A program made the position numbers and the translations under genes. The notes under the pieces were generated by a model that did no database searches, was not told where the DNA came from, and worked only from the letters and a program-made list of their open reading frames with translations. A DNA stretch of 50,828 nucleotides from Actinomycetes bacterium (GTDB taxonomy: Bacteria; Actinomycetota; Acidimicrobiia; Acidimicrobiales; Acidimicrobiaceae), in assembly GCA_021846265.1 (NCBI GenBank), contig JAJZCF010000003.1, positions 1 to 50,828 of the forward strand. Reading direction: 5' to 3'. Below, piece after piece: positions 29,825 to 38,746 of this stretch (the first letter of the stretch is position 1; every line of letters starts with the position of its first letter).

Positions 29825-29976
29825 ACGGTTATGTTGAGGCCGGTTATCTTGTTGTTACGGGCGTACTGGGTGGATACTCTCTGCAGCTCGCTAATAAGTC
29901 CAGAAAGCTTAAAAGGGCCGTGGTTTTGGTGCGCGAATCGAGCGGCAGGCGGACCGAGGGTCGAAGCGAGAATTGA
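29821..29976 (+). CDS. ccmD: CcmD-like small membrane protein (51 aa; below the ORF-track cutoff)
   Basis: My own translation is MNGYVEAGYLVVTGVLGGYSLQLANKSRKLKRAVVLVRESSGRRTEGRSEN: a single TM followed by a basic tail. The ATG overlaps the ccmC stop (ATGA) and its stop overlaps the ccmE TTG. Confidence 0.6.
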   Translation: MNGYVEAGYLVVTGVLGGYSLQLANKSRKLKRAVVLVRESSGRRTEGRSEN

Positions 29977-30503
29977 CTGAATCCTTGGGGGATGCTGGGT
30001 TGGCGGAGCGGAGAAAGATGGGAGTCGGAGTCGAGTCGCCCGTAGATAAGGATGTCGACTGGAAGACGGTTAAGTCTTTGCGGTCGAGACCGGTAACTGC
30101 CACCAGGGCGATCATGGTATTGCTGCTAATCGCTGCGGCACTGGCCTTTGTGATCTACAAAGGAATAAGCAATGCGATTCAGTATTTTTACACCGCCCAG
30201 CAGGCCGTGGCGCAAAAGAGCCAGTTGGGCTCGAAGACCTTCAGGTTGGAGGGGATAGTAGTGCCGGGGTCGATAAGGGATACGCAGAGCGGAGTCGATT
30301 TTCAGGTTCGCTTTGCAAATACCTATGTACCGGTAGTCGAGATAGGGTCTCCTCCCCAGCTTTTCCAACCGACAATTCCGGTGGTCTTGGTTGGACATTT
30401 CCAGGGAAACTATTTTTGGTCGAATCAGATCATGATTAAACACACGGCCAACTATGTCGCCGCTCATCCAAGTAGGATAAAAAATGCCGGAGGCGGATCC
30501 TAG
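29973..30503 (+). CDS. ccmE: cytochrome c maturation heme chaperone CcmE
   Basis: TM anchor plus OB-fold region (FRLEGIVVPGS) and the HxxxY heme-binding motif (KHTANY). It has an unusually long N-terminal tail if the start is 29973; an alternative Met is at 30018. Confidence 0.85.
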   Translation: MTESLGDAGLAERRKMGVGVESPVDKDVDWKTVKSLRSRPVTATRAIMVLLLIAAALAFVIYKGISNAIQYFYTAQQAVAQKSQLGSKTFRLEGIVVPGSIRDTQSGVDFQVRFANTYVPVVEIGSPPQLFQPTIPVVLVGHFQGNYFWSNQIMIKHTANYVAAHPSRIKNAGGGS

Positions 30504-32561
30504 TTGAATGCCGAATTGGGCCGAATCGGTATACTCATTTCATTGGTGGCGTCACTAGCTGCAGTAGGGCTGTTTTTAGTGGCGCTTCTGAAAAAGAGGG
30601 TCGGAGCGATTAGGCACGCCCGATCTTTTGCCCTGCTTTCGGTTTTCGGCGTGGCCGTATCTACCTTTGCAATTGAGCGGGCACTAGTTGTTCACGACTT
30701 TTCGATCGCTTTTGTGGCGCAGAATAACTCCAAAGAGACCCCGCTGCTCTTCTCTATCTCCGGGATGTGGTCAGCCCTCCAGGGATCTATCCTTCTTTGG
30801 GCGCTTATCCTGGGGTTCAATCTTGCTGCCCTGATCTTTTTTACCAGGGCTCGCAAGTTGGAAGTCGCCTCGAACTGGGCTCTATTGGTGACTTCGGTAA
30901 CGATGGCATTCTTCGTCGCCATGATGTTCGGACCGGCCAATCCTTTTGCCTTGACACAGGGGGTGATTCCCCCAGATGGCCTCGGACCGAACCCGCTATT
31001 GCAGAACTACCCCTTGGTGGCGGTACATCCGCCCCTTTTGTACTTCGGATTTGTGAGTATCACCATTCCCTTCGCCTTGTGGATCGGTGCTTTGCTCGCA
31101 AAGGATCGATCGGGCTTCTATAGAGAACTCGCCAGGAGATGGGCGGTTATCTCCTTCAGCTCCCTTACCCTCGGTATTACCTTGGGAGCGTGGTGGTCCT
31201 ATCAGGTTCTGGGCTGGGGTGGCTTTTGGGCTTGGGATCCGGTCGAGAATGCTGCTCTTATGCCGTGGCTTTTCTTGGTAGCTTACCTACATTCGGCCTT
31301 TGCAGAAAAAAGGGTCGGGTCAGGCCAACTCTGGAGCTACGTTTCGATAACTTCGGCCTTCGCATTCACCATTCTCGGCACTTATTTCACGCGCTCTGGG
31401 GTCCTCCAGAGCGTCCATGCCTTTTCGTCATCCACTTTGGGTGACATCCTGATATCTTTTTTTCTGGCCGTCTGTTTAGTATCTATCTATCTTGGCGTGT
31501 CGAATTTTTCTCTACTTAGCCAGAGGCGACCGAATTCGAGATGGGCTTCGAGGTCAAATTTAATCAAGATCAATAATGTCGTCTTAGCTGCGATTGTTTT
31601 GATAGTCCTTTTAGGTACGGTCTTCCCATTGTTTGCGAGCGCTCTTTTTGGACAGGTGATAACCGTCGGAGCGCCATACTTCAACTCATATGTCGCACCC
31701 TTGGGCGCACTTCTGCTCGTGCTGATGGCAATAGCTCCGCTTGTTCCCTATCGGGGACTACCTCTGCGCTCGCTTCTAGAAAGACTTACATTTGCCGGTG
31801 TCGTCGCCGGCGTCGTCGGTGCGGTATCTGTAGCTATGGGTCTAGGGCGACCCGGCCTGTTTGGTGTTTTCGTACTAGCTGCTTTCAGTGCAGTGGCCAC
31901 GATCGAGCAGTTGGTGAGGCGTTCTACTGGGCATGGAATCAACCCAATTAGGGCCCTTTTGGCACGAAAAAATGGCGGACTCCTGTCGCACTTAGGAGTT
32001 GTGATGGTCGCGGTTGCGCTAGCGAGTGCCACCTCATTTGGCCACAAGGGACAGCTGAGACTTGACCCTGGCCAGAGCCGGGACTTCTTTGGTCAAAAGG
32101 TCAGCTACCTCGGGACCAAGACGGTTGTTACCCCCGCTCAGACCTCGCTGGTGGCCTTAGTTACCCTCAATGGCAGAGAGCTGATGCAGCCGGCGATTTC
32201 GCAGTTCGGAAGTTACACTCAACCGGTTGGGTCACCCGCAGTTTCAGCAGATTTGACCAAAGACGTCTATCTGACCCTGGATCAGCCGCCAACGAGAGTA
32301 GGTGGACCAGTTCTGATCGGGATAATTATTCAGCCGATGATCGACTGGCTTTGGATCGGGGCATCGGTGATCGCCTTAGGCGGGGTACTTTCGATATTTG
32401 GTTTCAGGAAGCTCCAGGTCAAAAGGGAGCGAGACTCGGGGAATGGACCCCCCGATGGGCCGTCTCCCGACGAGGAAGCCGAGCGGAACGAAGATTCTAA
32501 CGGACTCCCCTCGGGCGAAATAGCTGCGGAAGTTACCGGTACTGGAGCGTTTGGTCGGTGA
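30504..32561 (+). CDS. ccmF: cytochrome c heme lyase subunit CcmF
   Basis: 685 aa, polytopic, with the WWD motif GWGGFWAWDPVEN. Confidence 0.9.
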   Translation: MNAELGRIGILISLVASLAAVGLFLVALLKKRVGAIRHARSFALLSVFGVAVSTFAIERALVVHDFSIAFVAQNNSKETPLLFSISGMWSALQGSILLWALILGFNLAALIFFTRARKLEVASNWALLVTSVTMAFFVAMMFGPANPFALTQGVIPPDGLGPNPLLQNYPLVAVHPPLLYFGFVSITIPFALWIGALLAKDRSGFYRELARRWAVISFSSLTLGITLGAWWSYQVLGWGGFWAWDPVENAALMPWLFLVAYLHSAFAEKRVGSGQLWSYVSITSAFAFTILGTYFTRSGVLQSVHAFSSSTLGDILISFFLAVCLVSIYLGVSNFSLLSQRRPNSRWASRSNLIKINNVVLAAIVLIVLLGTVFPLFASALFGQVITVGAPYFNSYVAPLGALLLVLMAIAPLVPYRGLPLRSLLERLTFAGVVAGVVGAVSVAMGLGRPGLFGVFVLAAFSAVATIEQLVRRSTGHGINPIRALLARKNGGLLSHLGVVMVAVALASATSFGHKGQLRLDPGQSRDFFGQKVSYLGTKTVVTPAQTSLVALVTLNGRELMQPAISQFGSYTQPVGSPAVSADLTKDVYLTLDQPPTRVGGPVLIGIIIQPMIDWLWIGASVIALGGVLSIFGFRKLQVKRERDSGNGPPDGPSPDEEAERNEDSNGLPSGEIAAEVTGTGAFGR

Positions 32562-33115
32562 GCGCTTCGAAGAGTAAGGTGAGGACTGGGACTTCGGGAA
32601 TCAAGTGGTTCGGCGGAGTGATCGCCGTGGTATTGCTGGCCTTTTCGATATTCGTTGCCACTAGGTCACCTGCGTCGAGCAGCATTGAGGCGAGCCCAAT
32701 CGTGGAGCATGTCGCTCCGGCTATATCTGGGCCAACAGTGGCTGGTGGGCATTTTTCCCTTACAAACTATCGTGGCAAGTTCGTCTTGGTTAACTTCTTT
32801 GCTTCTTGGTGTGCAAGTTGTGCGATAGAGGAGCCCCAGTTAGTTCGATTTTCCAAGGCGGGAATTGGTAGGGTCTTGGCGGTAGATTTTCAAGACGAAA
32901 ACGGACCGGCGAGGGCATTTCTCAGCCGCTACGATGCCAACTGGCCAGCGGTGGCGGACCCTAATGGACAGATTGCGATCAAGTGGGGAGTCTCGGCACC
33001 TCCCGAGTCCTTTCTTATCTCTCCGTCCGGGGTAGTACTGACCAAGATTGTCGGGCCGGTTACGGCGAAGGAACTTAGCATCTTGGTCCAGGTGGCGAAG
33101 GCGAATGGTTACTAG
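32558..33115 (+). CDS. ccmG: periplasmic thiol:disulfide oxidoreductase (CcmG/DsbE/TlpA family)
   Basis: Signal anchor and thioredoxin fold with WCASC. The GTG start overlaps the ccmF stop. Confidence 0.8.
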   Translation: MSASKSKVRTGTSGIKWFGGVIAVVLLAFSIFVATRSPASSSIEASPIVEHVAPAISGPTVAGGHFSLTNYRGKFVLVNFFASWCASCAIEEPQLVRFSKAGIGRVLAVDFQDENGPARAFLSRYDANWPAVADPNGQIAIKWGVSAPPESFLISPSGVVLTKIVGPVTAKELSILVQVAKANGY

Positions 33116-34301
33116 TACCTCCGAGAGTGTTGATCTAGCGAAATCCAAGAAGAAGCGCTTTCTTGCTGGCAGGGCGCTAATGACCATCTGGGGAGCGATA
33201 GCAGTAGTTATCCTCGGAAGTTTTATCTTCCTCGTTCTGAGTTCATCTGCGCCAACTTCAAATGCCCAGCGAGTTGTGAGGTTGGAAGGAGAGTTTAAGT
33301 GCCCTTCGTGTATCGACCTTTCGGTAGCTGAGTCGAGCGCAGCGAGTTCGATCTCGATCAAAACTTTTATCAAAAACGAAGTAGCTCAAGGAGTTTCGGA
33401 TGCGCAGATCAAGGATCAGCTCGTCGCTAGCTACGGCAACTCCATTCTGTTCACGCCGCCTAAGTCCGGCGCTTACCTGGTCATCTGGGCACTTCCCATA
33501 GGACTCGTTCTCCTTTTAGCATTTTTCTCCTTGCGCTCGATTTTGTTGCAAAAAGACACAGCCTTGGCAAGAGGAGTAGGTAACTTCGAGGGCGCCGGGG
33601 GTGAAGAAAAAAATTCATCAGCTGCGGGAGTTTCGGGCGACCTGAACCTGTCATCGATCCCCCTTGGTGTCGAGATAGCGTCATTCAAACCGAGAGCGGA
33701 CTCCGATACACGCCATGATCAGTCGGCGAAGTCCGGTTCACTTCGCGCATTGGTGCGAAGAGCGACTTCGTCGACTACTAGGAGGTACCTGGCTTTATTT
33801 GGGGCGGTTTTTTGCATTGCGGGAGTGGGACTCGGCGTCTACAGTTTCGAACAGAGCAGATCTCAGGCGGCTAACTTGTCCCTCGAGTCAAGAGAGCTCA
33901 CGCAGGCCATCGGGTATACATATTCAGGGCAGGACGTGTCTGCACTGAGACTCCTCTCCTTAGTACTTCGCCAGGACCCTTACCAGGCACAGGCTCTCGC
34001 ATACCAGGGGTGGTTACTTTTCCAGGCTGGCGTGAAGACCAAAGTTCCTACCCTTGTTCAAAAGGGTGAGCAGCTGGTGCTCGAAGCTATTGCGATCCAA
34101 CCGCACTACGCCGACGCTCACGGTTTTCTTGCAATGATCGATCTGTACATCTATCACGAGACGGCACAGGCAGAAAAGCAGTTCAGCGAGTTCTTGGCAG
34201 ACTCGCCGTCTGTGACGATTCGAACCGACCTAAGTGCGGCTTATAAGACCGCTTTATCGGCCGTTCCAGGCCAGCCAGCGAAGCCTTCGACCGCCCCATA
34301 G
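33105..34301 (+). CDS. ccmH: CcmH with a C-terminal TPR (CcmI-like) extension
   Basis: FKCPSC (CxxC) with the CcmH-like context SIKTFIKNEVAQGVSDAQIKDQLVASYG, two TM segments, a low-complexity linker and a TPR-like C-terminus. The ORF track begins at 33048. Confidence 0.8.
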   Translation: MVTSTSESVDLAKSKKKRFLAGRALMTIWGAIAVVILGSFIFLVLSSSAPTSNAQRVVRLEGEFKCPSCIDLSVAESSAASSISIKTFIKNEVAQGVSDAQIKDQLVASYGNSILFTPPKSGAYLVIWALPIGLVLLLAFFSLRSILLQKDTALARGVGNFEGAGGEEKNSSAAGVSGDLNLSSIPLGVEIASFKPRADSDTRHDQSAKSGSLRALVRRATSSTTRRYLALFGAVFCIAGVGLGVYSFEQSRSQAANLSLESRELTQAIGYTYSGQDVSALRLLSLVLRQDPYQAQALAYQGWLLFQAGVKTKVPTLVQKGEQLVLEAIAIQPHYADAHGFLAMIDLYIYHETAQAEKQFSEFLADSPSVTIRTDLSAAYKTALSAVPGQPAKPSTAP

Positions 34302-34359
34302 CCTTCAAGATGGGCGCGGCGATTTTAGCTATCCTTGACGACGAGATAGGCTTGGCGTC

Positions 34360-34977
34360 GTGGGATTTTTCGATAGGAATCGTAAGGAGCTCGCCGAGCG
34401 CGGAATTGACCCGGATCGGCTTCCTCCTGGGCAGTACTTTACAGACCGTTTTCCGGTGCTACACGCCGGGAATGTGCCGATCTACAAAGACCTGACTAGC
34501 TGGGACTTTAAGATATTCGGCAATGTCGAGTCCGAAGTCACCCTTTCCTATTCCGACCTGATGGATCTCAATAAGACGACGGTGAATACAGATATTCACT
34601 GCGTGACGAAGTGGTCTAAGTTTGATACTCAATGGACTGGGATATCCTTTGAGGAAGTGATAAGGCTCGCCAAGCCCAACGATGACGTTACCCACATAAT
34701 GTGCCATAGTGAGTTTGGATTTACTGCGAACCTTCCAATCGAAGACGTAACCGGGGACAGGATAGCCCTTTTAGCCTACGAGTTCAACAACGCCCCGTTG
34801 GAACCGGAGCACGGATATCCACTGAGGTTCTTTGTCCCGCATCTCTACTTCTGGAAGTCGGCGAAGTGGCTCAGGGGGATTGAGTTTATGCGCCAGGACA
34901 AGCCGGGATTTTGGGAGAGTAACGGCTACCACAACTACGGTGACCCTTGGAGCGAGCAGAGATTCTGGGGCGACTGA
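34360..34977 (+). CDS. molybdopterin-binding oxidoreductase domain protein (sulfite-oxidase fold, small cytoplasmic type)
   Basis: 205 aa with DIHCVTKWSKFDTQWTGISF and HGYPLRFFVPHLYFWKSAKWL. Confidence 0.8.
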   Translation: MGFFDRNRKELAERGIDPDRLPPGQYFTDRFPVLHAGNVPIYKDLTSWDFKIFGNVESEVTLSYSDLMDLNKTTVNTDIHCVTKWSKFDTQWTGISFEEVIRLAKPNDDVTHIMCHSEFGFTANLPIEDVTGDRIALLAYEFNNAPLEPEHGYPLRFFVPHLYFWKSAKWLRGIEFMRQDKPGFWESNGYHNYGDPWSEQRFWGD

Positions 34978-35042
34978 GATCCGAAGTTGGGGCAATACCC
35001 GACAGTGGCTTGGATCTGGGTAGCCAGTTTTTCAGCGATTGG

Positions 35043-35825
35043 CTAGACGATCGCCGAGCACGAGACGTCTCCTCGCGCCCTGGAAGAAATTGTCACAGGG
35101 ATGGAAGTACCGCACAGCGAGCCGAGCATTCCCTTTACTAAACCCCTGTCGACGGCGCAAAGAACTGGATGAACTAGGGCCGGGTTGCCAAAGGGACAAT
35201 GCTCGTTGACCAGTCCTAAGGCTGAGTCGGAATTTGAAGTGTGTGCAGAGAATCCATGGGCCGTAAGGGCGTCGGCAACTGCCTTCATAGCGCTCTGCAG
35301 TGATCTCTGGGTCTCACCTGGCTGCATCTGTCCGGCGAGAATCTTGCCGTATGACTCTCCTACCTCCTCGGCCATCTTCTCGGCCATCTCGTTTGGAATC
35401 AGTTCGAGAGCCCTGCTCAAGAGCATCGCAGTAAGTTCGTGGCCCTTGGTTGGTGTCTGAATCGTGGTCTCTTTGGTCGAGACGCGATACCTCTTCGAGG
35501 GCCTTCCGGCGCCGGCGAGGGAATTTCGATCGATGTGGACGTCGAGGTAGCCGCCAGCGGCGAGTTTGTCGAGATGGTGGCGAGCGACATTTGGATGCAG
35601 CTCGAATTTTACGGCCACGTCAGACGCACTAACCCCATCACCTTCACGGGCATAGAGGTATATTTCTCGGCGGGTCGGATCGCCGAATGCCGAGACGATA
35701 GCTGACACAGCGGAAGAAAATTCTTCGTCCGTTAGCTCCTTCTCCTGGTTGAGAGTGATACTTTGAGATTCTTTCTTGCCAAGTACCCGGTGTATATGGC
35801 TTCGCTCAATCTGGCTTTGGGACAT
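35043..35825 (-). CDS. ArsR/SufR-like HTH regulator with a Cys-rich C-terminal domain
   Basis: DPTRREIYLY..SASDVAVKFELHPNVARHHLDKLAAGGYL..GRPSKRY wHTH region, and C-terminal HCPF..LC..D...LC....SC. It is divergent from mrp. The start could be TTG 35867. Confidence 0.6.
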   Translation of the reverse strand: MSQSQIERSHIHRVLGKKESQSITLNQEKELTDEEFSSAVSAIVSAFGDPTRREIYLYAREGDGVSASDVAVKFELHPNVARHHLDKLAAGGYLDVHIDRNSLAGAGRPSKRYRVSTKETTIQTPTKGHELTAMLLSRALELIPNEMAEKMAEEVGESYGKILAGQMQPGETQRSLQSAMKAVADALTAHGFSAHTSNSDSALGLVNEHCPFGNPALVHPVLCAVDRGLVKGMLGSLCGTSIPVTISSRARGDVSCSAIV

Positions 35826-35893
35826 CGTTACTAGTCTACCTAAAAGAAGTGTGAAATTATTGCCCAAGCTAATTAAGTGCTAGGAGAATCAAG

Positions 35894-37003
35894 TTGGCAA
35901 CCGAGTTGGATCCTCAGATAGTCGAGCGGCTGAGGGGGGTGATGGAACCAGATTTCCGGGCGAGCATCGTTGATCTGAGGATGATCACCCATGCGAGTAG
36001 TTCGCGTAATAAGGCGCAGGTCGAAATTGCCACCCTCGCTCCGCTGCCAGAGTACTCCAAGGAGCTAGAGGGACTCGTGGTGGATGCGCTAAAGGGTGAC
36101 TACAAAGAGGTCAAAGTAAGGGTTCAACCTGGCACCCCTAGTGTCTTGGAGGAGATAGCCGAAGCGCTTGTAGCGATAGAAGGCACCGCCGCAGCAGCTG
36201 CGAGACTCGAGAGAAAGCCTCCCTTTAGTGCGGGAAGCTCACCGACTAGGGTCATCGGGATTTCTTCGGGCAAAGGTGGCGTAGGAAAGTCATCGGTGAC
36301 CGTGAACCTTGCAGTCTCCTTGGCGAAGATGGGCTATGAAGTTGGACTTCTAGACGCGGACGTTTACGGATTTTCGATCCCGGCGATGCTGGGAATTGAA
36401 CGCAAGCCGCAGTTGATCGGAAACCTTATGGTGCCACCGGTTGGATATGGAGTTAAGGTCATGTCAGTCGGATTCTTCGTCTCCGACGATACCCCGGTGA
36501 TCTGGCGCGGTCCAATGCTCCATAAGACGCTAGAGCAGTTCATAGTGGACGTGTTTTGGGGGAAGCTCGACTACCTACTTATCGATATGCCACCTGGGAC
36601 TGGGGACGTCGCACTCTCCTTGGGTGAGTATCTACCTAAGTCGGAAGTCTTTGTCGTGACAACTCCACAGCTTGCCGCAGAGCGCGTCGCCCAGAGGAGC
36701 GCCTTGGCTGCTCGAAAGTTAAAGCTTCCAGTCCGGGGGGTCATTGAAAATATGAGCTACTTCGTTGGCGATGACCAGAAGAAGTATGAAATTTTTGGTT
36801 CTGGGGGAGGAGAAGCCCTCGCCGAGAGCCTTGCCGTACCGCTAGTTGGAAAAATTCCGCTATCTGTGACCCTCAGGGAGGGTGGCGATACTGGGGTGCC
36901 CGAGAACTCCGGCCAAGGTACAAAGGAATTCAATGAGCTGGCGCAGAGGATCGTGGACATGGGTCCGGCGCGCCGATACAGGAGCGAACTGAAGATTAAC
37001 TAG
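35894..37003 (+). CDS. mrp: Fe-S cluster carrier ATPase Mrp/ApbC (NBP35 family) with an N-terminal DUF59-like domain
   Basis: SSGKGGVGKSS deviant Walker A and DMPPGTGD. Confidence 0.9.
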   Translation: MATELDPQIVERLRGVMEPDFRASIVDLRMITHASSSRNKAQVEIATLAPLPEYSKELEGLVVDALKGDYKEVKVRVQPGTPSVLEEIAEALVAIEGTAAAAARLERKPPFSAGSSPTRVIGISSGKGGVGKSSVTVNLAVSLAKMGYEVGLLDADVYGFSIPAMLGIERKPQLIGNLMVPPVGYGVKVMSVGFFVSDDTPVIWRGPMLHKTLEQFIVDVFWGKLDYLLIDMPPGTGDVALSLGEYLPKSEVFVVTTPQLAAERVAQRSALAARKLKLPVRGVIENMSYFVGDDQKKYEIFGSGGGEALAESLAVPLVGKIPLSVTLREGGDTGVPENSGQGTKEFNELAQRIVDMGPARRYRSELKIN

Positions 37004-37070
37004 CACCTGCCGCAACTGAACATACCATAAGAATTAGAAATAATTCTTTCTGAAAGTAGTTGCTGACGAT

Positions 37071-37799
37071 ATGGGTGTTGGTGGCGACTTTCCGAAGGGC
37101 CTGACCGAGATAGCTTCACAGTCCGCGGCGGGGTCAAACTTGGCCAGGCGATCGGTGCTGATAGGGCTGGGCGTGGCGGTCTCGTCCCTTTTTATCGGAG
37201 CGCCCGTAGAGAACTTGGTTAGAAATAGCGCTTCAGCTCTTGGGGCGGGGTCGTTGACATCTTTTCTCCCCGGTGGGGGTTTTAGGTATTACACCGTCAC
37301 CGGGGGCTATCCACTCATCGATATGGCGAGCTACAGGTTAAAGGTTTCCGGGTTAGTCGACACGGTGAACAGCTACGGCTTCGACGAGCTTTCGAGGCTT
37401 AACCAGGTTGAACTGATCGATGATTTTCAGTGCGTTACCGGCTGGGTGGTGAAGGGTGTCCGGTGGAAAGGGGTGGCTCTCGCCGATCTGATAGAGATGG
37501 CCCACCCCTCGAAGGGAGCCAAGGCGGTCAACTTTTATTCAGCTGACAACGTCTACAGCGAATCCCTTAGTTTGGCACAGGTAAAAAAGCTCGGAGTCTT
37601 GGTCGCCATCTCTATGGACAACAAGCTCCTTTCCCAGGCGCATGGTGGACCGGTCAGGCTCTTTGTGCCGAAGATGTTTGGCTATAAGTCGATCAAGTGG
37701 CTAAATGAGATCCGGGTTTCGTCCTCTCAAGTAGTTGGCTACTGGGAACAGAATGGCTACCCACAAGATGCATATATTGCTAACTATCAAGGGCTTTAG
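37071..37799 (+). CDS. exported molybdopterin-binding oxidoreductase (MsrP/YedY-like catalytic subunit)
   Basis: An RRSVLIGLG Tat-like N-terminus, FQCVTGWVVKGVRWKGV and HGGPVRLFVPKMFGYKSIKWL. Confidence 0.8.
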   Translation: MGVGGDFPKGLTEIASQSAAGSNLARRSVLIGLGVAVSSLFIGAPVENLVRNSASALGAGSLTSFLPGGGFRYYTVTGGYPLIDMASYRLKVSGLVDTVNSYGFDELSRLNQVELIDDFQCVTGWVVKGVRWKGVALADLIEMAHPSKGAKAVNFYSADNVYSESLSLAQVKKLGVLVAISMDNKLLSQAHGGPVRLFVPKMFGYKSIKWLNEIRVSSSQVVGYWEQNGYPQDAYIANYQGL

Positions 37800-37804
37800 G
37801 AGAG

Positions 37805-38434
37805 ATGAGTCGTCCAGGAGTCCGGGGGATGAGCGACCAGCCGACACCTAGTTTTACGCCTAGGTTTATCATGTCTGAGAGACTGATCCATTGGAGCGTG
37901 GCGGTGTGCTTTGTCACTCTTTTGTTGACCGGATCCCTTTTATACTTTCCCGCGCTGGCACCAGTAGTCGGCGACAGGGCATTGATCGTCGAAGTGCATA
38001 TTTATGCGGGCTTTTTGGTACTACTTCCGTTGCTACTTGCGATGGTCTATTCTCCGTCTCATTCAGAGCTGCGGCTACGCCTCTTGGAGCTCGGGACTTG
38101 GGGCGAATCAGATCGAGATTGGTTGAAGCGCCCAATGAAACTAGACGGGCCGACAACGGGTCGATTCAATGCTGGACAAAAGCTCAACGGGGCATTCTTT
38201 CTATCGTCACTTATTGCGATGTGTTTGACGGGGCTGGTAATGGGACTGTATATACCGTCGCCGCTCTCCGCTAGACAGGGTGCAACATTTCTCCACGACA
38301 TAGGCTTTTATCTGATGACCATTGTTTTCCTGGGTCACGTCATTATGGTGATTCGTCATCGTGGTTCATTTTCGGAGATGGCATTTGGCAAGGAATCTCC
38401 TAAGTTGGAACATAGGGTGGTAAAGCGCCAGTAG
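37805..38434 (+). CDS. membrane b-type cytochrome (cytochrome b561 / Ni-hydrogenase cyt b family)
   Basis: 209 aa with four TM segments carrying conserved His (RLIHWSVA, HIYAGF, FLHD, GHVIMVIRH). Adjacent to the Mo-oxidoreductase gene. Confidence 0.7.
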   Translation: MSRPGVRGMSDQPTPSFTPRFIMSERLIHWSVAVCFVTLLLTGSLLYFPALAPVVGDRALIVEVHIYAGFLVLLPLLLAMVYSPSHSELRLRLLELGTWGESDRDWLKRPMKLDGPTTGRFNAGQKLNGAFFLSSLIAMCLTGLVMGLYIPSPLSARQGATFLHDIGFYLMTIVFLGHVIMVIRHRGSFSEMAFGKESPKLEHRVVKRQ

Positions 38435-38509
38435 TTGATTAGTTTTGTCGCTAAGTATTGGAGGCTTCATCTTTGAGGCCAATTTAGATTGGGCACATAG
38501 GGGGCCGTA

Positions 38510-38746
38510 GTGGATATCCGTCTGGGAATCTCTGAATCGCCGAAAGAACTAGTACTCGAAGCGCCCGAAGGCGAGACGCAGGAGAATATCGAGAAGCTAG
38601 TAGAGGAAGCCATGTCTAAGGACGGCTCTATCCTCTGGTTGACCGACAAGAAGGGGAAGAGGGTCGGAGTTCCCTCGGCCAAGATCGCATATGTCGAGCT
38701 TGGCCCGCCGAAAGATGAGCGTAGGGTCGGTTTCGGGGCGCTGTGA
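38510..38746 (+). CDS. DUF3107 family protein
   Basis: 78 aa, MDIRLGISESPKELVLE...AYVELG..DERRVGFGA, typical of the actinobacterial DUF3107 family. GTG start. Confidence 0.8.
   Translation: MDIRLGISESPKELVLEAPEGETQENIEKLVEEAMSKDGSILWLTDKKGKRVGVPSAKIAYVELGPPKDERRVGFGAL

Noticed and set aside
33048-33104. Upstream extension of ccmH (ORF-track start 33048)
   Set aside because: The extension (MSGRLRRRNLASWSRWRRR) overlaps the ccmG 3' end by 68 nt and is Arg-rich shadow-like sequence. The ATG at 33105, followed by a basic stretch and a TM segment, is the more plausible start.
34310-34495. 61-aa ORF overlapping the start of the Mo-domain oxidoreductase gene
   Set aside because: It is out of frame with a well-supported ORF (34360-34977) and has no motif.
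35006-35032. Weak hairpin plus TTTTT after the 34360-34977 gene
   Set aside because: The stem is only 5 bp (TGGCT/AGCCA) with a large irregular loop, too weak to call a terminator.
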